A stretch of 64,000 bases of DNA from an uncultured Pelagibacteraceae bacterium (lineage in GTDB: Bacteria; Pseudomonadota; Alphaproteobacteria; Pelagibacterales; Pelagibacteraceae), in NCBI GenBank assembly GCA_902596375.1, contig CACJTU010000006.1, positions 2,398 to 66,397 of the forward strand. The letters run 5' to 3'. Position 1 is the stretch's first letter; every line of letters starts with the position of its first letter. The notes under the pieces are model-generated. The model saw nothing but the letters and a program-made list of their open reading frames with translations. It did no database searches and was not told the origin of the DNA. Made by a program: the position numbers and the translations under genes. This document shows positions 1 through 9,787 of this stretch, piece by piece.

Positions 1-45
1 ATAAATATTTTCTGGAGTTATTTCTGAATATTTAATTTTTTTCAT
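1..45 (-). CDS. msrP: Partial (N-terminus only) probable MsrP/YedY methionine-sulfoxide reductase molybdoenzyme
   Basis: Manual translation from ATG at 45 gives MKKIKYSEITPENIY, running off the window edge. This matches the SEITPE..Y segment that precedes the Tat RR motif in MsrP. Overlaps the moaE stop. Confidence 0.6.
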   Translation of the reverse strand, partial: MKKIKYSEITPENIY

Positions 46-484
46 GAACTATAGGGTTACCGTTTAACCAATCACTTTGATTGTCTGTGTAGTGTTCTTT
101 TTTCCATATAGGAGACCTCTTTTTTATTTCTTCTATAATATACCTAGATAATACATATGCTTGATCTCTGTGTTTGCATGCAACAGCAATTATAATACTC
201 ATTTCTCCAAGATTTAAATAGCCTTTAGCGTGTTCTATAAAAACAGCTTTATCCTGAATATTAAGTTTTTCATCAGCTTCCTTATATATTTCCTCAAAAC
301 TTTTTATTACTAGATCATCATGACTATCGTAAGTAATGCCAATCACGCTTTTGTTATTATTTTGATTTCGTACTGTGCCAGTAAAAAATATTGATGCTCC
401 AAATTCGACAGAAGATATAAATTTTTCTGCATCATTTATTGATAGTTTTTTATCTTTACTGTCTACAATTTTTGTATGAAGCAT
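32..484 (-). CDS. moaE: Molybdopterin synthase catalytic subunit
   Basis: F.GTVRN, HR..A and IK..SPIWKKE motifs; follows moaD. Confidence 0.95.
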   Translation of the reverse strand: MLHTKIVDSKDKKLSINDAEKFISSVEFGASIFFTGTVRNQNNNKSVIGITYDSHDDLVIKSFEEIYKEADEKLNIQDKAVFIEHAKGYLNLGEMSIIIAVACKHRDQAYVLSRYIIEEIKKRSPIWKKEHYTDNQSDWLNGNPIVHEKN

Positions 485-753
485 TAACCCCCTCCTATGG
501 GAGGTATGATACAGATTTTTTCGTTATTTGTTATTTTATAATTGTCGCTAACAATATTATTTTTCTCCGAACAAAAAGCAGAGGAATTAACAATTTTTTT
601 GTAGTTTTCATTGCCATTAAATTTTTTATCTAAATATTGAATTATTTTTTTTCGAATATCTTTAATTGTTGATTTTTGCTCTAAATCTAATTCTAGCAAA
701 TTTTGTTCACAAAAATCTCTTGCAGCACCAAATAACACAATTTTTACTTTCAT
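484..753 (-). CDS. moaD: Molybdopterin synthase sulfur-carrier subunit
   Basis: 89 aa ubiquitin-like protein ending IPPIGGG; moa context. Confidence 0.93.
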   Translation of the reverse strand: MKVKIVLFGAARDFCEQNLLELDLEQKSTIKDIRKKIIQYLDKKFNGNENYKKIVNSSAFCSEKNNIVSDNYKITNNEKICIIPPIGGG

Positions 754-760
754 TATATTT

Positions 761-1315
761 TTAAAATAAATCTTTTAAAAAATCTGGAAGACCATCAGGG
801 TTCTTCCATAACCCGTTTTTTCCACCCTCTTTAATTAATAATTTTATATTATCTATCTTGAGATGTGGATTAATTATTTTGCTTAAATCGTAAATTGTGA
901 TTAGAGCAGCGTTAACTCCCATGATTGCTTCCATTTCAACTCCAGTTTTTGCATGTGTTGAAACAACACAAAAAACTTCCAGAGATTTATCCTCTTCATT
1001 CATGATAATTTTTGTTGCAGTATGGTCAATTGTTATAGGATGGCAAAGTGGAATTAATTCACTTGTTTTTTTTACACCTAAAACTGCAGAGACTTCCGCC
1101 AAGGTTATTGGGTCTCCTTTTGGCATTCCTTTATTTTTTATTAGCTCAAAAACATCGTTACCGACATAAATTTTTCCAGAAGCCAAAGCTCTTCTAAATG
1201 TCTCTTTTTTTTTCGAAACATCAATCATTTTAAAAGAATTTTTTTTAAAAATTTCTTTTGCCCAATCTTTTAAATCATCATCACTAATAATTTTTAAATT
1301 TTTCATACTATCCAC
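761..1315 (-). CDS. moaC: Cyclic pyranopterin monophosphate synthase
   Basis: MIDVSKK, KGD, LIPLCHP, TGVEMEA and K.GGK motifs. Confidence 0.96.
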   Translation of the reverse strand: MDSMKNLKIISDDDLKDWAKEIFKKNSFKMIDVSKKKETFRRALASGKIYVGNDVFELIKNKGMPKGDPITLAEVSAVLGVKKTSELIPLCHPITIDHTATKIIMNEEDKSLEVFCVVSTHAKTGVEMEAIMGVNAALITIYDLSKIINPHLKIDNIKLLIKEGGKNGLWKNPDGLPDFLKDLF

Positions 1316-2300
1316 CAGTTTTTGATAAATTTATTGTTGATCCAGTTTCACCCAATTCTAAATAATGAGATTCTTTTTTAAACTGCATTTGTTTCATTAT
1401 TAAATCTTTTAATTCATTTAACTGATCATCCTTTTGCAAAAGATGTCTTAAATTAATTCCAGTATTTCCAAATAGACAAAGTCTTAAATCACCTCTTGAT
1501 GTAACTCTTAGTCTATTACATGATTTACAAAAATCTTCTGAATATGGTGCAATGATACCAAACCTACCTTCGTATTTAGGGTTGATATAATTTAAAGAGG
1601 GTCCTGCATCTTTACCAAATGTTTGATATATCCATTTATTTTCCTTCAGATATTCTTTAAAAATTTTTGATGAAACATGGTATTTTTTAAAATAATCTAA
1701 ATTATCACCAGTTCTCATTAATTCTATATATCTTAAATCAATTTTATTTTTCTCTATAAATTTAGCCCAATTATTAAAATCTTTTATCGATGAATTTATT
1801 CCATTTAAAAGTACAGCATTAATTTTAATATTTTCAAAACCTATACTTTGTAAACTTTCTATACCATTCAAAATTTCTGGTAACCTGTCATGACCAGTAA
1901 TATTTTTAAATATTTCTCTATCTAAACTATCAATACTTATGTTGATACCGGTAAGCCCGCTGTTAACTAATTGCTCTGCTTTTTTATCTAATTTATAACC
2001 ATTAGTAGTAATAGATACATTTTGAATTCCTGATTCAAATTTTAATACTTTTATAATATCAAAAAAATCTTTTCTTACCGTTGGTTCTCCACCTGTAATT
2101 CTGATCTTATTTACGCCCAGTTCAGAAAAACAATTTGCAAGTCGCTTTATCTCGTCTAAATGAAGAAACTTTCTATTATCGTTTTTGTCTACTTGGTAAC
2201 CATTGGGCAAACAATATCCACATTTAAAATTACAAACATCAGAAATTGATAATCTAATGTATGGAAATTTTCTACCAAAAGTGTCTTTAAGAATATTCAT
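1308..2300 (-). CDS. moaA: GTP 3',8-cyclase (radical SAM)
   Basis: CNFKCGYC radical-SAM motif, TGGEP, C-terminal FC.SCNRLR...C, terminal GG. Confidence 0.97.
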   Translation of the reverse strand: MNILKDTFGRKFPYIRLSISDVCNFKCGYCLPNGYQVDKNDNRKFLHLDEIKRLANCFSELGVNKIRITGGEPTVRKDFFDIIKVLKFESGIQNVSITTNGYKLDKKAEQLVNSGLTGINISIDSLDREIFKNITGHDRLPEILNGIESLQSIGFENIKINAVLLNGINSSIKDFNNWAKFIEKNKIDLRYIELMRTGDNLDYFKKYHVSSKIFKEYLKENKWIYQTFGKDAGPSLNYINPKYEGRFGIIAPYSEDFCKSCNRLRVTSRGDLRLCLFGNTGINLRHLLQKDDQLNELKDLIMKQMQFKKESHYLELGETGSTINLSKTGG

Positions 2301-2336
2301 AAAGGTTAATTTATATTATATTCTTATAATAATAAT

Positions 2337-3173
2337 ATGAACAAAATTCTTTCAAATGATGAAATAAAAAGATTTAAAGAGGAAGGTGCTGTTTTTCTTA
2401 AAAATAAATTTGATATCCAGTGGATTAATAAACTCCAAAAAGGAATTGAAAGAGATATTAAAAATCCTAGTCCAAGATTTAAATCTCACACTGTAGAAAA
2501 AGGTGTTCCAGCATATATAGAGGATTATTGGACATGGCATTTAGTGCCTGAATTTAAAGATTTTGTTTATAATTCTCCATATGCTCAAATAGCATCTGAG
2601 CTAATGTCAGCTAGCAAAATCAATTTGGTAATGGACAATTGGTTTCTTAGAGAAGCAGGATCTAAATCATCAACCCCATTCCATCATGACATAAGTTATT
2701 TTGATATGGATGGCACTATGTGTGTTTTATGGTTACCTCTGCAACCCACAAAAAAAGATGAGGGAGTTGTTTGGGTAAAAGGATCACATTTATGGAATAA
2801 ATTGTTTTTAAGAGTTTTATTTAAAGATGGACATAAAATTGAAGGTGATGAGTGCGTTGTAAATGGAAAAAAATATGAGCTACCTCCTGATATTTTAGGC
2901 AATAAAAACAAATATGAATTTTTGCAGTGGGATTGTGAATTAGGTGATGCAGTTGTTTTTGATATGAGAACTCTTCACGGAAGCTTAGGAGAAACAATTC
3001 CTCAAAAAACTTTAAGCCGTTATACTCTTAGAGTAGCTAAAGAAGGCTCAAAAATAAGTTATGATGGTGATTGGACTAGTTTTAATTATCGAAAAGCAAT
3101 GCAAGATGCAGGATATAAAAATGGAGATCCTGTAGATGGCAAAATGTTTCCAACCCTTTATGAAATAATTTAA
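2337..3173 (+). CDS. PhyH-family Fe(II)/2-oxoglutarate dioxygenase
   Basis: TPFHHD (HxD), W.PL, GSH, GD.VVFD..TLHGS and downstream Arg. Confidence 0.85.
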   Translation: MNKILSNDEIKRFKEEGAVFLKNKFDIQWINKLQKGIERDIKNPSPRFKSHTVEKGVPAYIEDYWTWHLVPEFKDFVYNSPYAQIASELMSASKINLVMDNWFLREAGSKSSTPFHHDISYFDMDGTMCVLWLPLQPTKKDEGVVWVKGSHLWNKLFLRVLFKDGHKIEGDECVVNGKKYELPPDILGNKNKYEFLQWDCELGDAVVFDMRTLHGSLGETIPQKTLSRYTLRVAKEGSKISYDGDWTSFNYRKAMQDAGYKNGDPVDGKMFPTLYEII

Positions 3174-3961
3174 CTATTAAGTCTGTTCATTTCTTCTAGT
3201 TCAACCTCAAGCTTATCAAGCTCTTCTCCACCTGCCATCATCCCTAAAAGTTCTTCTCTACTGATATCTTTTTTATTAAATGTTCCTAAACTTTTACCTC
3301 TGTTTAACACTGTAAAACTATTTCCAACTGGATAAGCATGGTGAACATTATGAGTAATTAAAATTACTGCTAGTCCTTGTGAAGCAGCTTTAACAACATA
3401 TTTTAAAACCATTGAAGCTTGATGAACACCTAATGCAGAAGTTGGTTCATCCAAAACTAAAACTTTTGCACCAAAATATATAGCTCTCGATATTGCTAAA
3501 CACTGTCTTTCACCACCAGACATTGTTCCAACTGCTTGAGACGGATCTCTTACGTCAATTCCTATTTGACCCATTCTTTCAGCAGCGATTTGATTTGCTT
3601 TTTCAATATCAAAAGTTTTTAAAAAAGGAGGTCCTTTTAATGGCTCTCTTCCCATGAAAAAGTTTCTTGTAACACTCATTAATGGAACTAATGCTAAGTC
3701 TTGGTAAACAGTTCCAATTCCCATGTCCAAAGCATCCTTTGGAGAGTCAAAAATAGTTTTTTTACCTTCAATTACTATTTCACCTTCATCAGGTTTATGA
3801 ACACCCGCTAAAGTTTTAATTAATGTGGATTTTCCTGCTCCATTATCACCAAGTAAACACATGATCTCACCTTTTTTTAATTTCATAGTGACATCTTTAA
3901 GAGCAATTACTTTTCCAAAAAATTTACTAATGTTGTTAAATTCAATTAAATTTTCTGTCAT
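3170..3961 (-). CDS. Sugar ABC transporter ATP-binding protein (single NBD)
   Basis: [20 protein letters not shown]. Confidence 0.95.
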   Translation of the reverse strand: MTENLIEFNNISKFFGKVIALKDVTMKLKKGEIMCLLGDNGAGKSTLIKTLAGVHKPDEGEIVIEGKKTIFDSPKDALDMGIGTVYQDLALVPLMSVTRNFFMGREPLKGPPFLKTFDIEKANQIAAERMGQIGIDVRDPSQAVGTMSGGERQCLAISRAIYFGAKVLVLDEPTSALGVHQASMVLKYVVKAASQGLAVILITHNVHHAYPVGNSFTVLNRGKSLGTFNKKDISREELLGMMAGGEELDKLEVELEEMNRLNS

Positions 3962-5088
3962 TATTTACTCTCTGTTACTCTTTTTCTAATGTAATTATTA
4001 AACACTACAGCAATTAACATCATTGCCCCCAAAAACACTTTAAACCAATCAGTATCAACATCTGTATAAAATATTCCCATAGATACAGTTCCAAAAATTA
4101 AAGCTCCGAAAGCTGCACCAATTGCTGAACCATATCCTCCAGTCAATAAACAACCTCCAACAACTGCTGCTGCAATTGCTTCTAATTCTTTTAAATTTCC
4201 TCGCATAGTATCTGCTGAACCTGCATCTAAAACTTGAATAGTAGCAAAAATTGTAGCTGCGACTGCAGTTCCAATAAATAAACTTATTTTAACTCTTCCA
4301 ACAGGCACACCAACATTTGTTGCACCGTTCTTGTCTCCTCCTGATGCAAAAATCCAGTTACCATATCTAGTTTTCATCAATATCCATGTTGCAAAAAGTG
4401 TAGCTGCAATAAACCATATTACTGAAGGAGGAATACCGGTAGCTAATGGAGTTCCATCAGTTCTTAATGCGATTAAATTCATTGAACCTAACCATGTAAA
4501 CAACCATTTGAAAGTATCAGTTGCAAACATCCACGCGATTGGATCATTCTCAATTAAAACTCTTAAGCCTGGAACTTGTGTTCTTCCTGTAATTAATCTT
4601 GTAATTGCTAATGTTGCTCCTCTTAAAATAAACAACATTGCAAGAGTTACTATAAAAGATGGAAGTCCAGTTCTAACAACAAGGATACCATTGAAGTATC
4701 CAACTAGTACCGCCATCGCAAAAGCAAAAATAATACTTACCCATAAAGGCCAACCCCAATAAATTGCAGGTATTGCTATACAAATTCCTGCAAAACCAAT
4801 CATTGATCCAATTGATAAATCAAATTCACCACCAATCATTAGCATTGCTGCTGCTATTGCAATGATTCCTAAGTTTGCAGAAACATCTAAAAAGTTAAGA
4901 GTTCCATATGCACTGAACATTCCAGTGTCACCTGCAACTATTCCAAAAAATATGAATACTAAAATTGCACCACCAACAGCGCCTAATTCAGGTCTATTTA
5001 AAAGCAATCTTAGTTTTGATACTTCTTTAAGTCTTTCGTCTTGACCTGAAGTTTTTTTTGATGCGATACTTTTTGCTTTGTCAGACAT
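3961..5088 (-). CDS. Sugar (CUT2) ABC transporter permease, inositol-type
   Basis: [26 protein letters not shown]; multiple TM segments. Confidence 0.93.
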   Translation of the reverse strand: MSDKAKSIASKKTSGQDERLKEVSKLRLLLNRPELGAVGGAILVFIFFGIVAGDTGMFSAYGTLNFLDVSANLGIIAIAAAMLMIGGEFDLSIGSMIGFAGICIAIPAIYWGWPLWVSIIFAFAMAVLVGYFNGILVVRTGLPSFIVTLAMLFILRGATLAITRLITGRTQVPGLRVLIENDPIAWMFATDTFKWLFTWLGSMNLIALRTDGTPLATGIPPSVIWFIAATLFATWILMKTRYGNWIFASGGDKNGATNVGVPVGRVKISLFIGTAVAATIFATIQVLDAGSADTMRGNLKELEAIAAAVVGGCLLTGGYGSAIGAAFGALIFGTVSMGIFYTDVDTDWFKVFLGAMMLIAVVFNNYIRKRVTESK

Positions 5089-5109
5089 TTTGTTTTGAAT
5101 TTTGTTTAG

Positions 5110-5144
5110 AAAAAAGGCCTAACTAAAAGTTAGCTAGGCCTTTT
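5110..5144 (-). terminator. Hairpin/intrinsic terminator after the SBP gene
   Basis: AAAAGGCCTAACTAA-AAG-TTAGCTAGGCCTTTT. The single mismatch becomes a G-U pair on the minus strand, followed by a U run. Confidence 0.8.
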
Positions 5145-5153
5145 AAAGTATTT

Positions 5154-6077
5154 TTATCTGTAACCTTGAGCTGCCCACTTAATTACTTTAGCAGCATTGT
5201 CAGGAGTTACGAAACCAGGACCAGTCATAACTACACCAGCCGGCATAGTTCCATATCTCATGTACTGACCAAAAATTGCTATTGGTAAGTAACCTTGTAG
5301 GTATTGTTGTTGGTCAATTAAAAACTCTACTTTACCTGCAGCAGCAGCTTTTAACATTCCTGGTGACATATCGAATGTACCTAGTTTAACAGAACCAACT
5401 TTTCCTGCAGCTTCTAAAGCTTTAAGAGCAGCTTCACCTGCAAGACCAGCACCTAAAGTTAGGATAGTGTCATATCCACCACCTAATTTAGCAGCAACAG
5501 CTTTTTGAATTTCTGTTGGGTCATTAGAAGTTCCTAAGATGTCAACTGATCCACCAAAACCTTTTTTGAATCCAGCACATCTTCTATCTAGTGCAACGTT
5601 TCCAACTTCGTGGTTAACACATAATGCTTTTTTACCACCAGCAGCTTTCATTTTTTGTCCACCACCTACACCAGCTTCAAACTCAGTTTGTCCGACGTGA
5701 GCACTGATACCTAGTGATGCAAAGTCATCTGAACCAGAGTTCATTGAAATTACTGGGATACCAGCAGCGATAGCAGCTTTAACAGATTTTCCTAAAGCAG
5801 CAGCATCTGGAAGAGTAATCACAATACCTTTTGGTTTTTGTGAAACTGCGTTGTCAATTAATTTAGCCATTTCAACCATGTCGAAAGTAGCAGGCGCAGT
5901 GTACTTGCAAGATATTCCCATATCAGCACATCCTTTATCTACACCATTCTTAGCAACAGACCAAAACGGGTCGTTAGCTTGTCCGTGAGATACAACGATC
6001 ACATCTACTGCTAAAGCAGAGACTGAAAGCATAACCCAAGCAACAAAAGCTAATAATGATTTATATAATGTTTTCAT
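5154..6077 (-). CDS. Sugar ABC substrate-binding protein, probably inositol/cyclitol
   Basis: Signal peptide, HGQANDPFWSV, DQQQYLQGY; next to iolG/iolE. Confidence 0.88.
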   Translation of the reverse strand: MKTLYKSLLAFVAWVMLSVSALAVDVIVVSHGQANDPFWSVAKNGVDKGCADMGISCKYTAPATFDMVEMAKLIDNAVSQKPKGIVITLPDAAALGKSVKAAIAAGIPVISMNSGSDDFASLGISAHVGQTEFEAGVGGGQKMKAAGGKKALCVNHEVGNVALDRRCAGFKKGFGGSVDILGTSNDPTEIQKAVAAKLGGGYDTILTLGAGLAGEAALKALEAAGKVGSVKLGTFDMSPGMLKAAAAGKVEFLIDQQQYLQGYLPIAIFGQYMRYGTMPAGVVMTGPGFVTPDNAAKVIKWAAQGYR

Positions 6078-6164
6078 TTATTTCCCTCTCGTTTAAATAA
6101 AAGTTAACTTTTTATGCGCGGACGTTAACATAAAAAAAAGTAGGTTGTAAAGGTGCCATGGACA

Positions 6165-6187
6165 ATATGTATAAAAAATATACATAT
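6165..6187. promoter_or_regulatory. Perfect 9-bp inverted repeat, candidate operator or hairpin
   Basis: ATATGTATA-AAAAA-TATACATAT in the iolG-SBP spacer. Confidence 0.35.
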
Positions 6188-6210
6188 CTTAGAATAATTA
6201 TAATTTAGAA

Positions 6211-7224
6211 TTAAAACTTAATTTTTATTTGTTTTCTTTGTTTTAGGGACTGTGACGCGGCGTTAGCAATAATCAAAGCTCTTCTTCCATCCTCAAAACT
6301 TGAAATTGGGGATTTTTTTTTTCTTGAATATAAAGCTAATTCATCAAGTTGAAGCCTGTATGCATCAACATATCTATCTATAAAAAAATTTAAAAGTGGT
6401 TTTTTCTGTGATGTGTTGTTTTTTGTAAAAATCTCTGTTTCATTCTCGCTTTTATTCCCAGATATTAACATTCCTTTTGAACCAAATAACTCTACTCTTT
6501 GATCATACCCAAAGCTACAGTGTCTAGAATTTGTAATTATACACTGCACACCTTGTTTTGATTTCAAAAGACATGAAGCTAGTTCATAATCTTTAATTTT
6601 ATCAAATCTTTTATCTGAAATATTACTAGCTGTAGTAAAAATATTTTCTATCTCATCTTTTTCCAAATAAAATCTTAACAAATCAAAGTCATGAATCATC
6701 ATATCTTTAAATATGCCACCGGATACTTTTAAATAATTTAATGAAGGTGGGGCAGGATCCCGGCTGGTGATAATTATTTTTTCTAGTTTTCCAATTTTTC
6801 CTTTTCTTAATTCTTGTTTTATTGAACTATGTCCTGGGTCGTACCTTCTGTTAAAACCTAATTGAATTTTAGGTTTATACTTTTTGATCTTTTTTGAACA
6901 TTTATTAACCTTATCAATGTTTAAATCTAAAGGTTTTTCACAAAAGACTACTTTTTTATGTTTTGCTGCCTCTTTTATAAATTTAATATGAGTAGAAGTA
7001 CTAGATGCAATAAATATTAAATCTATATTCTTATCTCTAAAAGCTTTTTCTGGGGTACTAATATCAACTGTATTAAATTTTCTTGAAATTTTTTTTGCTA
7101 ACTTCTTGCTGATATCAAAAGTATATTTTAATTTGAAACTTTTATGATTTATTAAGTTTTTAGCATGCATTTGACCTATTCTACCTAGACCAAGTAATGC
7201 TACGTTTATTTGATTTTTACCCAT
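6211..7224 (-). CDS. iolG: Inositol 2-dehydrogenase
   Basis: GLGRIG, CEKP, GFNRRYDP, TSRDP, DMMIHDFD, YDQRVE and FFIDRY..AY motifs. Confidence 0.9.
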   Translation of the reverse strand: MGKNQINVALLGLGRIGQMHAKNLINHKSFKLKYTFDISKKLAKKISRKFNTVDISTPEKAFRDKNIDLIFIASSTSTHIKFIKEAAKHKKVVFCEKPLDLNIDKVNKCSKKIKKYKPKIQLGFNRRYDPGHSSIKQELRKGKIGKLEKIIITSRDPAPPSLNYLKVSGGIFKDMMIHDFDLLRFYLEKDEIENIFTTASNISDKRFDKIKDYELASCLLKSKQGVQCIITNSRHCSFGYDQRVELFGSKGMLISGNKSENETEIFTKNNTSQKKPLLNFFIDRYVDAYRLQLDELALYSRKKKSPISSFEDGRRALIIANAASQSLKQRKQIKIKF

Positions 7225-8354
7225 TTTTTACTTTTTGATGAGGCCTTACATGCATTAATAAATTTAGCAGTTTCAAATCCTTCATCTTCATCAGGATAAA
7301 AATATCGCTTATTTGATTTACTTTTTAACGATTGTGCAAATTCTTTATATATATTTGCAAACGCATCTAAATATCCTTCTGGATGTCCAAATTTAATTCT
7401 AGAAAAATTCTTTGAAAAATCTGCATTATGAAAACCTCTTTCTAAAAGCTTTACCGCACCTTTGGAAGGATTTAACTTTAAGTATCCAGGATCATTTTGA
7501 ACCCATTCCAAACTTCCTTTGTCACCATAGACTCTTATTCTTAATCCATAAACTCCTCCTCTAGACATTACGCTAGTCCAAAACATACCTTTTGCACCGT
7601 TCGTAAAATTAATCATAACTTGAGCATTATCATCCATTTTTATCTTTGGAGAAATTTGCTTTATATCAGCAAAAACATTTGTTCCTTTCAAACCAGATAT
7701 ATACATAGCTAAATGATAAGCATGAGATCCAATTTCATTTAATACTGCAGAAGAACCAACAATATTTTTATCAAGTTTCCACTTTAATTTCTTTTTTGCA
7801 TTTCTGCTGTTGATAGATGATCCATCAGACCAATCCTGCACGTACTCAACATTTATCATTCTTACTTTTCCTATCTTACCTCTCTCAACAAGAATTTTTG
7901 CCTGTCTAACCATTGGATAAGCTGAGTAGTTATGTGTAAGTGCATACTTAATTTTTTTATTTTTTTTAATTGATTTGAAAAGTTTTTTTGCTTGTTCTAA
8001 ATTTCCAGCGAAAGGTTTATCAGAAATTATATTTACATTTTTTGAAATAAATTTTTCAGCAATAATTTGATGACTTGATGGAGGTGTCATTATAGCAACT
8101 ACATTAATTCCATCTTTTCTCTTAGATTCTTTTTCAGCCATTTCTTTATAATTTGAGTAACATCTGTCAGGTGAAATACCTATGCTCTTTCCAAACTTAG
8201 TAGAAATTTTTACATTTCTAGAAAAAACACCAGCTACTATTTCGTACTGATCATCAAATCGAGATGAAATTCTATGAACATGACCAATCCAGGATCCAGG
8301 ACCACCACCAACAATTCCTAAACTTAATTTTTTAGTTTTATTTGATTTAAACAT
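7206..8354 (-). CDS. Gfo/Idh/MocA oxidoreductase
   Basis: GIVGGG..SWIG.VHR, DKP, GHPEGYL.AFANIY. Start moved to ATG 8354 to avoid overlapping iolE. Confidence 0.88.
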   Translation of the reverse strand: MFKSNKTKKLSLGIVGGGPGSWIGHVHRISSRFDDQYEIVAGVFSRNVKISTKFGKSIGISPDRCYSNYKEMAEKESKRKDGINVVAIMTPPSSHQIIAEKFISKNVNIISDKPFAGNLEQAKKLFKSIKKNKKIKYALTHNYSAYPMVRQAKILVERGKIGKVRMINVEYVQDWSDGSSINSRNAKKKLKWKLDKNIVGSSAVLNEIGSHAYHLAMYISGLKGTNVFADIKQISPKIKMDDNAQVMINFTNGAKGMFWTSVMSRGGVYGLRIRVYGDKGSLEWVQNDPGYLKLNPSKGAVKLLERGFHNADFSKNFSRIKFGHPEGYLDAFANIYKEFAQSLKSKSNKRYFYPDEDEGFETAKFINACKASSKSKKWVKIK

Positions 8355-8382
8355 TGAATATATCTTAGCAAAAAAAATATTT

Positions 8383-9285
8383 ATGTCAGTAAAATTAGGA
8401 ATAGCACCAATAGCATGGAGCAATGATGACATGCCAGAACTTGGGGGCGATACTTCTTTGGAACAATGCTTATCAGAAGCTAGTCAAGCAGGATTTATTG
8501 GAATTGAGTCTGGAGGTAAATTTCCTAAAAACTCTGAAGAATTAATTCCTAAATTAAAAGAGTTTAGCTTAAATCTTTGTTCAGGATGGTATGGTGCAAA
8601 TTTAAGAAAAAATACCGTTAATGAGGAAAAAAATTTAATTCAAGCTCAGTTAAAATTATTCAAAGATTGTAACTCTCCCTGCATGGTTTTTGCAGAGGTT
8701 TCAGGTTCAATTCAAGGAGATCCAACCAGAAAACTTTCTACAAGGCCAAAAATGAGTCTTGATGAAGCCAAAGAATACTATGCAAAAATTTCAGAGATGG
8801 GAAAATATTTAGAAGATGAAGGAATGCCTCTTGCTTACCATCATCACATGGGAACTGTTATAGAAACTGAGGAAGATACCATAAGATTGTTAGAAAATAC
8901 CGATGATAGTGTTAAACTTACTTTAGACACTGGCCATATGTTATTTGCTCAGGGTAATTCTCTAAAAATTTTAAAAGATTTCAGTGAAAGACTTATTCAT
9001 ATGCACTGCAAAGATATTAGAAAAAATGTTTTAGACAAATCATTAAAAGAAGATTTAAGTTTTAGAGGCGCATTTTTAGAGGGTGCTTTTACAGTACCTG
9101 GAGATGGTTGTATTGATTACAAACCATTATTTGATGTATTAAAAGAAAAAAAATATTCAGGCTGGCTGGTAGTTGAAGCTGAGCAAGATCCAGCAAAAGC
9201 AAATCCTTTTGAATATGCAAAGATTGGTTATAAATATTTAACCGAAACCTTAAATAGCAGCAATATAGAGATCTATAAAAATTAA
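8383..9285 (+). CDS. iolE: myo-inosose-2 dehydratase
   Basis: PIAWSNDDMPELG, YHHHMGT, DTGH, H.KD, FTVPGDG, VEAEQDP. Confidence 0.96.
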   Translation: MSVKLGIAPIAWSNDDMPELGGDTSLEQCLSEASQAGFIGIESGGKFPKNSEELIPKLKEFSLNLCSGWYGANLRKNTVNEEKNLIQAQLKLFKDCNSPCMVFAEVSGSIQGDPTRKLSTRPKMSLDEAKEYYAKISEMGKYLEDEGMPLAYHHHMGTVIETEEDTIRLLENTDDSVKLTLDTGHMLFAQGNSLKILKDFSERLIHMHCKDIRKNVLDKSLKEDLSFRGAFLEGAFTVPGDGCIDYKPLFDVLKEKKYSGWLVVEAEQDPAKANPFEYAKIGYKYLTETLNSSNIEIYKN

Positions 9286-9786
9286 TTATCTATAAATAGA
9301 AGTAAGTTCGTTATTTCCTGCTGCAACACAAGGAGATTTGAAGCAAGTACCAACAATCCATTCAGAACCAGGATCAGGCAAAAAATTTGAGGACATAACA
9401 AAGATCACCCCCATCTCAACTGATTGACCAGCTTTACCTTCAGCTTTTATTCTTGGATCAGGATCAGTTTTCACTTTTGAGTCATCAGAAAATGGATTTT
9501 CTATTTTTAAATTTTCATTGATATAATTAACAACTTTATCAGCTATCCATTCACCATTACATGGATCACCCCAAACAGTGAATTTACCTTCATCGTTATT
9601 ACCACATTTATTAATTTCATCATTAATTAGATCAACGACTTTGTTGTGATTTTCTTTTACTAAATTAGCTTTAGCTTCAACAGCTGGTCTTGTACTTGCT
9701 GTCCAAATTAACATACCAACTACAAAGATTGCAGACGCTGATACTAAAAATTCTAAAAATCCAAAATTTTTGAAATTAATTTTCAT
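9286..9786 (-). CDS. Membrane-anchored pilin-like hypothetical protein
   Basis: N-terminal KN-FGFLEFLV followed by a hydrophobic helix (F1...E5 spacing); four Cys including a C-terminal pair. Confidence 0.5.
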   Translation of the reverse strand: MKINFKNFGFLEFLVSASAIFVVGMLIWTASTRPAVEAKANLVKENHNKVVDLINDEINKCGNNDEGKFTVWGDPCNGEWIADKVVNYINENLKIENPFSDDSKVKTDPDPRIKAEGKAGQSVEMGVIFVMSSNFLPDPGSEWIVGTCFKSPCVAAGNNELTSIYR

Positions 9787-9787
9787 A

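Noticed and set aside
8355-8432. Extended N-terminus of the Gfo ORF, and similar extensions at 29988, 38307, 44431, 61882 and 61994
   Set aside because: They overlap well-supported neighbouring genes; downstream ATGs give family-typical starts.
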